Of a stretch of 64,000 nt of DNA, positions 39,795-52,796 are shown in pieces. The DNA is taken from contig OZ024742.1 of the NCBI GenBank assembly GCA_964016885.1, forward strand, positions 140,368,001 to 140,432,000. The letters are read 5' to 3'. The first letter of the stretch is position 1. Every line of letters begins with the position of its first letter. The notes below the pieces were generated by a model that was given only the letters and a program-made list of their open reading frames with translations, did no database searches and was not told the origin of the DNA. Both the position numbers and the translations under genes were made by a program. Origin of the DNA: Eledone cirrhosa. Taxonomy: Eukaryota.

Positions 39795-40628
39795 TGAATA
39801 TCATTCTGTTGTAAATATGATTTTAAACAAATGATGTGCACTTGTATAAAGCAAATGATATAATTTCAACTGTGTAAAGTGCATGATGTGATCAATCTGG
39901 TGTGTTTATTTTCGTGGTTTATCAATGTATGCAGTGTCAGGAAGACAACAATTTGGGGGAGGGGAAAGTCGACTAAATATACTCCAGTGAGTTACTGGTA
40001 CTTTATCTGACTGGGGTCGATAAAAATAATGATAATTTGAATTCAATGCAGAGATCTGGAATAAATACATCAAGATATTCTATTTTATTCAATGCCTTAA
40101 CGACTCTGCCAATCTGTCTCTATTGTAAATATGCAATTCTTATCTTTTCCCTATTCCTTCCTAAACTGTTTGAATCATACACAAAGTGTGTGGTTTTATA
40201 TGAAGTAGTGAGATATCTGGATATTGTAAAGATAATATACTTCAATATAGTTGTAGTTTACAATGAAGAATCCTTGTATTATAGATATATTTTCATTTCT
40301 CTATCCACTGAGCCTTTGATCTAGGGGGAAAACAAAGAATTGTAATATAAAGAAATTTCTCAATTGAGCTGCCATGAATGTAGACTGCCGCAAGGTATGT
40401 CTAGAATAGTTGCAGTACATGGAAACTGACAGACATTCTATCAATTTAGCAATATTTCTTTAGGTATATTTTGGTATTGAACTTAGATCTGATGAATAAC
40501 ATCAATAACATAGACTGTTATTGCTGCTACCATAAGTGATTAGTGCTGCAGTAATCGTATGTTCAATATTAGGATCTATTAAGTATGTAGACCCTAGGTG
40601 TGTGTGTATGTATATAGATATAAGTATT

Positions 40629-40666
<38 letters not shown>

Positions 40667-42044
40667 AAGGTACATGGCTTAATGGTGAAAGTGTTGGGCT
40701 TACAATTGTGAGGTGGCGAGTTTGACTCTCGAGCTGGGTGATGCATTGTGTCCTTGAAAAAACATTTAATTTCATGTTGCTCCAGTTCACTCAGCTGTAG
40801 AAATGAGTTGCAACATCACTGGTACCAAGCTGGACAACATCGATGGTGTGGAGAGGGGAGATTAGTATGCACAAATGAAACTTGCCTGGACTTGTGCCTT
40901 GGAAGAGGTGCAAATCCCATGATCATTCGTGACCAAAGAGGGTCTTTACCCCTTTTATGTGTGTGTATGTGTGTAGTAGTAGACATGTGCAGTGTGGTAT
41001 AGTTATAATAGCCAAACAGCTTCTTTTAATTCATGTCTGTTAATAGTACCTCTTTGATTCCTAAGTTCCTAATGCTTTGTTCAGTGACTTTGATAAGTTG
41101 AGTGTGGCATTTCTGTAGGTGTTTCTTATTACTTTACAGAAGTAAGTTCAAAAGAATTACGAAAGACATTAAAGACAAATGTATGGCATAATACATTTGA
41201 TTAGCAAAATTGTTTAGTATAATTGCATTGTAAAAACTACTATTATCATGCTTTTACTAAGGGTTTTATGTGCCCATGTAGTTGCATGAAGACAGAGACA
41301 CCTTCTCGAACCCCTTCTCTTAATCCAGAGGAACATCCAGAATGTGATAGCTGGAAGAAGAGATGACTGCACTAACATTGGGCTGGCTCTTACTTTATCA
41401 AGCCCAAAGGATAGGCAAAGTGGAACAGATATCTAACACGCTAAAAATTTTATTAAATCAATAACCTAGATTAATTGTATTTATTGAAAATACACATGTA
41501 GTCATTTTATTATCACTAGTGCATAAACTATTGTTTTAGAGACATAATAAGTAATAAGACAATCAGAAACAGTTAATTAGCAATTATTTACACAAGGCAT
41601 AATACATATGGCACTTGCATATCATCAGGAAATACAAAAAGGAATAAAGTTTAACCAAATTCAAATAATAAGAGTAGCTACTATATCAAATGTTGGACTT
41701 ATGGCAAGTATTTAACAAAGACCGTACATAAAAATGGTTTTAATGTGCAAAATTATAAGAGATTGTGTTTATAGGTTGAGTTATTATCATTATTAATAAT
41801 ACTTCATCATTATTAATAATACTATTATAATAGTTAGAAGAATATTTGTTGGCAGTTAAATAATATATATAGACAGGATTGTGAAATGCAGGAAGCAAAG
41901 TGAAATTAGTTTAGAGGCTGCAGTAAATTTTTTGCATAAATAGATATATAAAATGGAGGAAACATACAAAAATTATTATTATTATTATACACATATACAG
42001 GTGTGTATATATGTGTATGTATATGTATGTGTGTCTGTATATAT

Positions 42045-42250
42045 ATACAGAGGGAGATAACAGAGAAAGTGAGAGAGGGTAAGACAAAACAGAAAATGCA
42101 TTGTAGAACATTTATCCCTCCCTCTTTTTTTTTTTGTTTCTTTTTGTTTTACATTAGTGTTCCATGAATTCTGAGTGTGAATTTGAGAACGTTTTTGTGA
42201 GATCATAGTATTTGTGTGATAGACGGATAAAAAATTCAGTACAGTCATTA
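42045..42250 (+). repeat. Old dispersed repeat, possibly Helentron/DINE-like
   Basis: Similar to 57208-57400 (TTACATT.GTGTTCCATGAATT..GACAGAC..ATATAGAT) and to the reverse of 11340-11450. Confidence 0.4.
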
Positions 42251-42699
42251 TCATAAAGATTTTGTAACAATAAGAGACATTATTAAGTGTTAAAGTCTTC
42301 TGTCTTACATTAACGACCTATTCACTGCCATTACTACTAACCACTTCACTGTTTCTCTTCTATTGCTTCGGAGAAGAGGCCATTTTCATTTCAGTCTCTC
42401 TCTCTCAGCTCTTGGAATTAAATGTAAATTTGCAGTTTCTGGCTATTACTACTGTCTTATATCTTATAATATTTAATGTCTTATTTCTCTGTGAAATTCA
42501 ATGAAATTTACAATAAAATGGGCAAAATGAAATTGATTTTCAAAATTGAAAAAAAAAAAAAAACTTGTTAAAATAAGGATGATGATGTCATTGATTTGCC
42601 ACAGGGGCTTTGAATGAAGAGGACATTACAAAGATAGGTTACAACATGAAAGTAGGGGTTTACATAAAAGTCGGATGGAAAAAAATGATGATGATGATG

Positions 42700-42890
42700 A
42701 TAATTGTTTCTACTTTTGGCACAAGGCCAGCAATTACCCAGTGCATTACTGGTACTTTATTTTATCGATCCTGTAAGGATGAAAGGCAAAGTTAACCTCG
42801 GCAGGATTTGAACACAGAATGGCAAGGGCCGTAACTCAATGCGTCAAAGCATGGTGTCCGACCCTCTACCGATACTGCCAATCCACCGCC
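42700..42890 (-). mobile_element. SINE family 2, full length
   Basis: Reverse copy; older copy adjacent at 42905-43130. Confidence 0.85.
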
Positions 42891-43225
42891 CTTGATGATG
42901 ATAATAATAATTGTTTCTAATTTTGGCACAAGTCTAGCAATTTGGGAGAAGGATAAAGTTGCTTTTATTGACCCCATATAATCAGATTATATTGACCCCA
43001 TAACTGTTACTTTATTTTATTTACCCCCATAAAGATGAAAGGCAAAATTAACCTCAGGATGTAAATGCCACATGACATTTTGTCCACCACTTTACTGATA
43101 CTACCAATCTAATGTCCTCGTACCAATCCACTACTCTAATGTTAATAATAATGATGATGATAGTAGAAATAACTATGTAACTTTTCACAATATTGGAACA
43201 GAATTTTATTCTATTTATTTATCCA

Positions 43226-43257
<32 letters not shown>

Positions 43258-43354
43258 GCTTTCTCAGAAGTAATAAAATGTAATAGAAAACGTATTGATT
43301 TAGAGTGTGTCTCTGTCCACTTCTAATAACTAGCATTAACATAAACCTACATTA

Positions 43355-43535
43355 TTGGCAGTATTGGTAGAGGGTCGGACGCCATGCTCTCCAGCATAGT
43401 TACATCCCTTTACGATCTGAGTTCAAATCCCGCCGAGGTTGACTTTGCCTTTCATCCTTACGGGGTCGATAAAATAAAGTACCAGTAATGCACTCGGTAA
43501 TGGCTGGCCTTGTGCCTAAAGTAGAAACAATTATT
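43355..43535 (+). mobile_element. SINE family 2
   Basis: Near-identical to 57925-58120. Confidence 0.85.
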
Positions 43536-43599
43536 TAGCTTATTATTTCAGAATTCAAGAGCTGTTTTCAGTTATTCTATGCATACATTCTTGTAAATG

Positions 43600-46395
43600 T
43601 CTACTCATTAATATAGATGTGGTGGCCATCAGCGAGACCAGAATCTCTGATACACGGGCATTCGCACCCATTTTGGGCAGCTACGAGGTGTACACTACTT
43701 CAAGCCGTCTCGGATAGGGGGGGAGGGGCGTGTTGTTCCGTAGAAGTCTGGATCTCGAGATACGGGCCGTCTTCTTGGACCCAGAGCGTAAGTTGGTGGT
43801 ACTGGGCGTGACAAGCGAAGAAGGACAAGCTTTCAGGCTAGTAGCCGCCTATGCCCCAACAGGAGCAGGACGACCTAAATTCTTCCGGCGTCTGGAGACC
43901 TTTCTTGGAACGTCCCGCTCTCTAGTGTTAGTGGCCGACTGGAACGGGATCTTAGATGCACGCTGGGATTGTGTGGGATTAGCAGATAGGGGAGGAGGGT
44001 ATAAAAGCCTCACAAACCTACTCAGCCGTTTTCAACTGTCGGACACGTACTGATTGGATTTCCCGAATGTGCCAATGTGAATGTGGACTTGACAAACTGC
44101 ATCGGGTCATCCAGATCATATCTAGATAGAGTAGGGAAATAGATAGGTATAGCATAGGCTGCCCACAATTGAAGATAGTCAGCTACACGGACCACAAATT
44201 CGTGATCTGTGTGGTTGACTTAGATAAGCTTCATAGACAGAGACCCGGCTACTGGAAACTAAACGCGTCGTTAACAGCGCACAAAGCTTACAGAGACCGG
44301 ATTAGCGAATTAGTTAAGCGGGCGTTGACAACAACAAATGGTGGTTTGCCCTGAAAAGAGCGATTAGAATAGAATCCATTAGGTTTAGTAAAGCGCTAGT
44401 AACAGAGAAAAATAGAGCAGAAGGAAATCTAGTTAAGAAATTAGATGAGGTGCTTAGTAAAGGCATCGCGACCGACGTGCTTGCGGCGAAATTGGCTCTC
44501 GACCAATTTTTCAACGCTTAGCACGTAGGCTGCATTGTCAGAGCTAGGGTGCGTGCTCTCAGACACGAGGGGACAAAAGCCGTTCAATGGGCCCGGGTGG
44601 CGGAGGCGCGTCGTGGAAACAAAGCCACGATCCGATCTTTGGCAAACCACGACGGGCACATGATACTCGATCCTGGCCAGATGTGTGCGGCTTTTCAGCA
44701 GCACTTTGCTCAGCTGTTCGGGGGCAATGGCGAGCTGCATCGCGAATGGACTTCAGTGCCTACCTCTTGGTAGTGTTGCGAAAAGCCGATAACAGCTGCT
44801 TAAGTATGGGAGGCAATGATTAACTGCACAATGGGTAAATCGCCTGGTTTGGATGGTCTGCCCTAAGAATTTTACATACATATGCCAGACTTGTTCGAAG
44901 ACCTCTTGGCAGACATCTACTGCAACTGGCAGCAGAACGGGAGAATTCCCAGCTCTGTGAGCCGAGGAGCAGTGGTGTTACTGAGAAAGGATCCGAACAA
45001 GGGGGATAACAGAAAATTTCAGGCCCATAACTCTGCTAAACACTGACTTCAAGATTTTGGCTAAGGTGCTAGCAAAGAGGTTGGTGCTTGTCGTTGGTGG
45101 TCTGTGGGAGAGGCGCAAACATGCGCCATTCCAGACAGATCCATCCACGACAACCTCCACCTCATGCGATACATCGTAAAGAGGGTAGCTAGGGAACCTG
45201 GCATGGGTGGGTCTTTGATCAATTTAGATCAGTCAAAAGCTTTCGATAGGGTCGACCATCGTTATCTGGCTGCAGTCCTGAGAGCAGCTGGTTTTGGGCC
45301 TGTCTTCCGAGGCTGGATTGCTGCCATGCACAGCGACATCTGCTCTGCGGTGAGAGTGAACGGTCACCTTTGGAAACCGTTCAACATCATGTGCTCGATC
45401 CGCCAGGGATGTCCTCTCTCATCCTTGTTGTACGTATTGACTCTTGAGCCATTACTGCACAAACGGGAGACATTGAGGGGGATCCCTCATGAACTAGGAT
45501 GTGGAAGAACAGTGTCAGCTTATGCAGACGACATCACCGTAGTGGTGTCGAACATCAAACACATCGAGGCAATCGGCACCACACTAAGAGAATACGAGGT
45601 AGTGACAGGAGCAATGATCAACCAGGAAAAATCAGTAGGCCTGCAACTCAGCACCTGGAGAGGCAGGTCCATGCCGCCCAACAGCGTCGTCGGGCACTAG
45701 ACGGACGGACCGGTTAAATTACTAGGGGTCTGGTTTGGTCCGGACCTCCAGACGGACAAAAACTGGGAGGAGCTCACGAGCAAGGTGTTTTCTCTCACCC
45801 AGAAATGGGCCGAGAGGAAGCTATCCCTGAAAGGTCGAGTGGAGGTGGCGAATGCGTACATCACGTCCGTCATCTACTACTGCCTGACCGTCGTGCCTTG
45901 CCCTAAGCCTCGCCTGACTGCACAGGAGCGTTTGCTCTTTCGCTTTTTGTGGAAGGGTCGTGCTCCTATGGTCAGGCGGTCGATCTGCTGTCAACACCCA
46001 CTACACGGAGGGCTGGGCATGCCGTGGCTGATGATGCGCAGACATGCACTCAGGCTACGGCATCTCCACCTCTTCCTCGTCGGTGATCAGGTGTGGTCAC
46101 CCTTTGCTAGACACATGTTTCCCCGCTTATCTCCTTGGCGGAGCTGCAGTCCTGGGTCAAGCGTAGACTGAGAGGAAGCGCTTGGAGACTAGAATGTCTT
46201 CAGGCACTTACAGCCCTCGACCTGTCGAGCAATACAATCGCTGGAATCTCCACCTTGGCTTTCTACAGAGGATTAGTGGAAGGAAAGAGCGACGACATCC
46301 TTGGGGAGACTCTAGGCGTCGACGAAAACCAACTAGTCAATCTCTTCGGGAGAACTTTCGGGTCGGGGCCCATGGACAACTTCCAGAAATGCCTG
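43600..46395 (+). mobile_element. L1/Tx1-clade LINE ORF2 (APE + RT), truncated at both ends
   Basis: AAYAP, ADWN, TDH, GYWKLN, KSPGLDG, FRPITLLNTDFKILAKVLAKRL, LDQSKAFDRV, IRQGCPLS, AYADD, LLGV, GGLGMP; multiple stops and frameshifts. Confidence 0.92.
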
Positions 46396-47156
46396 GCCTT
46401 TGCTATATATTATTTGTAATGTATTCATCCCCTTTTCTTCTCACATATTTAAGTGCCCTGCTGTTATTAATTTGTCCTTCAAGGATGGTGAATTGGCAGT
46501 CATTTGAGCATTGGACAAATGCTTAGTAGTAGTTTTTCCAGTTCTTTCCATTCTGAGTTCAAATACCATTGAGGTCAATTTTGTGTTTTATCCTTCAAAG
46601 GTCAATATAATTGATTTTTCCATCCCCACAAAATTGATGGTCTTGAGCCTAAATTAGATTTTTATCGCTTAAATCATACATAACTACATTGACCTACTAC
46701 TCAAACTATAAACATCTTGCATGCAATACACCAACGCATTATACCAAATCCATTTAATATATTGATAAATCAGTAAATGGATTTTGTGGTAGTTTACAGC
46801 TTGAAGCACTCACATTACATTTTACATGAGTAGGAATCTTATATCGACTTACAATAGGCTCAGGCATAGCTGGGTGATGAATGAATTCACTTTGCAATCA
46901 TCTGTTTTTTAATTCAATCCGACTGCATAGCCCTTATAGCTTTAGGTTGACCAATGCCTTGCGAGTAAAATTTGGTAGATGGAAAATGTAGAAGCATGAA
47001 CCTAATACCTAACACCTTTCGTAACTGTACTCCTTGTTGTTATTTACTTTTCCACTATATATATATATATATATAAATTTATATAAATTTATATATATAT
47101 AAATTTTTTGGCTCTGTTTAACTGCATTGAGCTATACCTTTTACTGTCATTTCTAT

Positions 47157-47196
47157 AATACGAAGAGGGTGTTTGACTCAAACACGCTCCAGTATT
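47157..47196 (+). ncRNA. Decayed minimal hammerhead-like motif
   Basis: AATA-C(-)GAAGA-GGGT gtttg ACTC-(-)AAAC-ACGC-TC-CAGTATT; core U4 and G12 appear lost; lies between (TA)n runs. Confidence 0.4.
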
Positions 47197-47220
47197 CTAA
47201 TCCTTATATATATATATATA

Positions 47221-47595
47221 CATTCATTTCATTTCATTTTACGTCTGCTTTTTCCCTGCTTGCAAGGGTGTGACAGGAACTGATTCTGGCTTGATTTCTA
47301 CAGCTGGATGCCCTTCCTTACACCAACCTCATTTACAGTGAGTGCTGGGTGCTTTTTTTCCGTGGCACCTACACGTCCACTTTACAGTGTGGGCTGGGTG
47401 CTTTTTTGCCGTGACACCCCCACAACCACTTTGCAGTGGAATGATATGGACCCCAGTTCCTATCATCTCATTTCTACAGCTGAGTAAACTGGAGCAATGT
47501 GAAATAAAGTATCTTGCTCAAGGAAACAACACATCACCCGGTCTGAGAATCGAACTCACAACCTTTCGATTGCAAGACCAATGCTCTAACAACTA

Positions 47596-47596
<1 letters not shown>
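47221..47596 (-). mobile_element. tRNA-CORE SINE with RTE tail
   Basis: Reverse complement of the 583-928 type with two internal ~44-bp units. Confidence 0.9.
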
Positions 47597-47629
<33 letters not shown>

Positions 47630-47639
47630 TTTGCCTTTA

Positions 47640-48200
47640 CTGATTGAAAAAAATATCCAGTAATACCTGAAACAATTTTTCAAAATCCTTTTTCTCACTG
47701 TTTTCTTGGGATAACAGAATCATTGAAGTTGAAGGCGGTCTAAACTTTGAATAGGCAATTCCTTCATCAACTTCTTCAAGTTTCACTTGAAGAGGAAATT
47801 CAGGATGGAGAGGGAGCCTTCCAACCATTTTGCTGAAAGATAGATGAGTGGCAAGTATGGCCTGCAAATTGGAGCTGAAGAACTGAGCAAGGGCACTTGC
47901 TTTTGTGGTTTGACCAACCATGGTTTTATGGGTTTTTTCCATGAGTACACCTCGGACGTCTCTTCCCTATTGAGGAATACTTTTTGTTAAAATTTTATTC
48001 TTACCCCACCCCCTCTCTGATGTCGCCTCTCCATTGAAGAATACTCAGTTAAAATTTTATTGTTCCCTCCCTTTTATTATATTAAACCTATTTACATGCA
48101 AAACCCCCACACACACACTCAATGTTATATCCTGTGCCATCTTCAATGTTTTTTCTTAATGTAAAACCGTTTGGGGTTAATAAAGAAATGATTATTATTG
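47640..48200 (+). mobile_element. Older L1/Tx1-clade 3' fragment
   Basis: FINFFKFHLKRKFRMERE; ends AATAAAGAAATGATTATTATT. Confidence 0.65.
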
Positions 48201-48354
48201 TTGTTGTTATATAGTGTAGATGTTTTGGTCACTATAAGTACACTTCCTGTCAGACCACAACCCATGATCTAGGATGAGAAGCATCCTTGTCGTTTCTATT
48301 TCATATGTACCCTCACTGTGTCAAAGTCTTTCCGGATGAATTTTGCTGATTCAT

Positions 48355-48585
48355 TTAACCCTTTAGCATTTAAACTGGCCGATCTGGCCAGAATTCTCTC
48401 ACCTCTTTCTGTTCAAACTGGCCTTAATCAGTTACTCATACTGATGTTAAGTTATTGTTCTTAAAATAAATAATATCAATAGCGCATAGATTCAATATTA
48501 TGTGTGATAATTATGTAAAATGAAGCCTTTACCATGAAAATATAATGGTTTCTTATATAGAGTAATGTAAATGCTAAAGGCTTAA
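48355..48585. mobile_element. piggyBac-type MITE family 2
   Basis: TTAA-CCCTTTAGCATTTA ... TAAATGCTAAAGGC-TTAA (13/14 TIR match). Confidence 0.8.
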
Positions 48586-48759
48586 ACAACTTCTTTTGCA
48601 CCACAGCCACTCACAGATTAAGATCTGGCTTTCCAAAATTTATTTTCAAATTCTTTGTCACAATTCCCAAGACTCCATTGACAATTGGCAAAACCATGAC
48701 CTTGTTAACTTCTTTTTTTCCAGCACTTGAAAGTTACATATTTCAAATGAGTTCTACTT

Positions 48760-48885
48760 TTTTTTCTTTTTTTACACACAGAAATGTCCATTTGTACCGT
48801 CCTGTATTGTCCTGTACTGTCCTTAATGTCTACTTTGTGTAAACCCTTGTGGTTAATAAAGAAAGCATTATTATTATTATTATTA
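48760..48885 (+). mobile_element. Tx1 3'UTR end
   Basis: Nearly identical to 15250-15350. Confidence 0.85.
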
Positions 48886-49579
48886 TCATCATCATATTCA
48901 GGGTAACAAGTTGCCAGAATCATTAAAGCATCAGACAAAATGACACATTGTATTTCTTCCAGCACTTTACATTCTGAGTTCAGATCCTGCTGAGGTTAAC
49001 TTTGCCTTTCATCCTTCCAAAGTTGATATAATTCACTTCTCCTCTCCCCAAATTTCTGGCTTTGTGCTAATGTTAGAAAGAATTCTGGACAGTGGATTGG
49101 AAGACTCCTTAAAACATTGGATAGAATGCTTTGCAGCATTTGTTCCTGCTCAATACATTCTGAGCCGATATCCCGCCAAGGTCAATTTTTTCTTTTATCT
49201 TTTCGAGGTCAATAAAATAAAGTACCAGTGAAATACTGGAATCAATGTAACCCACACACCCCTTCCCACAAATTGCAGGCCTTGTACCAAAGTTAGAAAT
49301 GATTATTTGTTGCACTGAAACTCACACACCCTGTCAGCAATGGTTGTGTACTACCTTGATTTGGGTCATAAAATTATTTAATGGCAAATATTGATTCCAT
49401 ATCAAAGTTTATACTAATCAATATGTATTTCTGTTCGATATATATATGTGTGTGTGTGTAGTGTATCATATATGTTGTATGTATAATGGTAAAATAGAGT
49501 GGGTGTATCTTTACTGACTGCTAAGCAAGACGACACTAGCTTCTATCAAGCTTATTATTAGATTTCAACACTTTTATTC

Positions 49580-50515
49580 CTTGCTTCTCTCTCATCATCT
49601 CTCTTTCTTTAATCTTTTGTCTCTCTATCTGTATCTCTTTCATCATCTCTCTCTTTCTTTAATCCTTTGTTTCTCTGTTTGTCTCACCTCTCTTTCTCTC
49701 GTCTATTGCTCTCTAAACCCTTAGCCCATCTCTCCTGTCTCATTTTCCTTCCATCTTTATCCATCTCTAAATTCTCTAATCTTTTATCTCTCTATCTGTC
49801 TTTCTCTCTCACCATCTCTCTTTCTCTCTCACCATCTCTCATTCCCTAATCCTTTGTCTCTCTATCTGTCTTTCTCTCTCACCATCTCTCTTTCTCTCTC
49901 ACCATCTCTCATTCCCTAATCCTTTGTCTCTCTATCTGTCTTTCTCTCTCACCATCTCTCATTCCCTGTTTGTCTCACCTCTCTCTCTCTCTCTCTCCCC
50001 CCTTAACCCACCTCTCCTGTCTCATTTTCCTTCCATCTTCATCCATCTCTATCTCTTTTGCATATCTTACTGTCATTTATCTGTTGTATTGTCACTTCAA
50101 ATGTTCATCTTTTTCTCTCTCATTCATTCATTCTCTATATCCATTCACATTCCACCCACTCACATTCTCTCTCTCACTCTCTACTTACTCACTTTCTCTT
50201 TATCTCTCATTCTCCATCTACTCTCTCTCTCTCTCTCTCTCTCTCTTTAAAATTACTCTCTCCAACTCTGCCATCTTTTTCCACCCTCTCCCTTCTTTAA
50301 ATTCACTCTTTCTATCCCCTCACTCTATACCATTCTCAATTTCCCTTTTTCTCTTCTCTATTTTCACTTTCTCTTTCTTCCATTCAATCTCTTACTCTTT
50401 TCTTTTTCTGTTCTCTCTTTCCTCTTTCTCTCACTAGCTCATACTTCTCTCTCTCTCCTCACTCTCTCTCCTCCTCTCTCTGTCACCTTACTTTCCCTCC
50501 TTACTCTCTCTTCTA
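49580..50515. repeat. CT-rich low-complexity tract with 70-bp internal duplication
   Basis: Unit TCTCTCTATCTGTCTTTCTCTCTCACCATC.. recurs at ~49787, 49857, 49927. Confidence 0.85.
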
Positions 50516-50577
50516 AAAAATGAGTTTATGATATTAGCACAGCTGTTAGTACTACTCATTATCCCATAATCCAAGCG

Positions 50578-50585
50578 ATTGCTGT

Positions 50586-50616
<31 letters not shown>

Positions 50617-50790
50617 ACATCAACTACAACAGCAACAATAGCTCCAGCAGCAACAGTAATAGTAAAAGCAACAGTAGTAGTTCCAACTACAACAATAGTA
50701 GCAGATAACTTAAGATGCACTAGCATTGATAGCAACAGCAGTAGCGGTAGCAGTATTGACAGTCGTGGTGGTGGTAGTAGTAGTCATTGA
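50578..50790. repeat. (CAG)/(CAA)/(GTA) trinucleotide repeat
   Basis: Direct reading. Confidence 0.85.
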
Positions 50791-50888
50791 CAGCAAGCTA
50801 TGTGCCACCTCACTCACTCTAACATATTCTGCACTGCTGCTATATGTGGGATTTAAATGTTTAGCTGCTAACACATATAGCCACACAT

Positions 50889-50951
<63 letters not shown>

Positions 50952-51354
50952 TTTTACATTGCTATATAAAAAATATATTAACATACACATACATACAAAG
51001 ACATATAGAGACACACATATACACATGCCACATATACATAAATTTTTACATTGCTGTATACATAATATATATTAGCATACAATCACACACACACACACAC
51101 ACACACACACGCAACCTACCTTTTCTCTTTTCCCCACGTTTTCTTCTCTACCAACCCACCCACTCACCCACCATCTCTGTTTTTTCTCTCTCTCCCCTCT
51201 GTCCCCCTCTCTTTATCATTTGATAATTTTGTTGTTGTCATTGTGGTGGTTGTAGTTGTTTGTGATTATATTAGCCAACGTCGAAACTGAAGGATTTTCA
51301 TTCCCTCCTACGGTAAGAGCAGGATATCTTTTTCTCTCCCAATTAATGCAATAA

Positions 51355-52085
51355 TATTATAATAGTTAGAAACCAGTATTATTAATATTATTACTGTTAT
51401 AATAATTAGAAACCAGTATTATTAATGTCATTACTGTTATAATAGTTAGAAACCAATATTATTACTATTATAATAGATTAGAAACCAGTATTATTACTCT
51501 TACCACTATTATAATAGTTAGAAACCAGTATTATTAATATTATTACTGTTATAATAGTTAGAAACCAGTATTATTACTCTTACCACTATTATAATAGTTA
51601 GAAACCAGTATTATTATTCTTACCACAGTTAGAAACCAGTATTATTAATATTATTACTGCTATAATAGTTAGAAACCAGTATTATAACTCTTATCGCTAT
51701 TATAATAGTTAGAAACCAGTATTATTAATATGATTACTGTTATAATAGTTAGAAACCAGTATTATTATTCTTACCACTATTATAATAGTTAGAAAGCAGT
51801 ATTATTATTCTTACCACTATTATAATAGTTAGAAAGCAGTATTATTAATATTATTACTGTTATAATAGTTAGAAACCAGTATTATTATTCTTACCACTAT
51901 TATAATAGTTAGAAAGCAGTATTATTAATATTATTACTGTTATAATAGTTAGAAACCAGTATTATTATTCTTACCACTATTATAATAGTTAGAAACCAGT
52001 ATTATTATTCTTACCACTATTATAATAGTTAGAAACCAGTATTATTAATATTATTACTGTTATACTAGTTAGAAACTATTCATTA
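51355..52085. repeat. 40-bp minisatellite, ~19 copies, two unit variants
   Basis: TATAATAGTTAGAAACCAGTATTATT followed by either AATATTATTACTGT or ATTCTTACCACTAT. Confidence 0.95.
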
Positions 52086-52399
52086 TTCTTATTACTATTA
52101 TTATTATCATCATTATTATTACTATTAAATAGAAAGCATTATTAATTATTATAGTAAGTCAATTCTGGAATTAGTATTTGTGGCTGGAATAGAAATGATG
52201 ATAAAACAGATGAGGATGAAGGGAATAATGTGTCTGTCTGTATGTATGTCTATATGTATATATATATAATATATATGTATGTATGTATATATATGTATAT
52301 ATATAAATGTGTGTGTATATATATATATATGTATATATATATGCATGTATATATATATATGTATATATATATGTATATATATATATATGTATATATATG

Positions 52400-52430
<31 letters not shown>

Positions 52431-52597
52431 ATGTACATATATGTATGTATATGTGTTTATATATATATAAATTATGTATATATATATAAATAAATTATGT
52501 ATATATATGTATATATATATATATAAATGTATGTATATATATGTATATATATATATATAAATGTATGTATATATATATACATATATATATATAAATT

Positions 52598-52640
<43 letters not shown>

Positions 52641-52796
52641 GTATGTATATATATATATAAATGTATATATATATATATATAAATGTATGTATATATATAT
52701 ATAAATGTATATATATATATATATAAATGTATGTATATATATATATAAATGTATATATATATATATATATATATAAATGTATATATATATATATAT

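Noticed and set aside
50578-50710. PolyQ/polyA coding exon
   Set aside because: Interrupted by stops, no convincing splice sites, and embedded in other simple repeats
51355-52085. CRISPR-like array (constant part plus variable part)
   Set aside because: The variable part has only two recurring 14-nt variants rather than unique spacers; eukaryotic context and no cas genes
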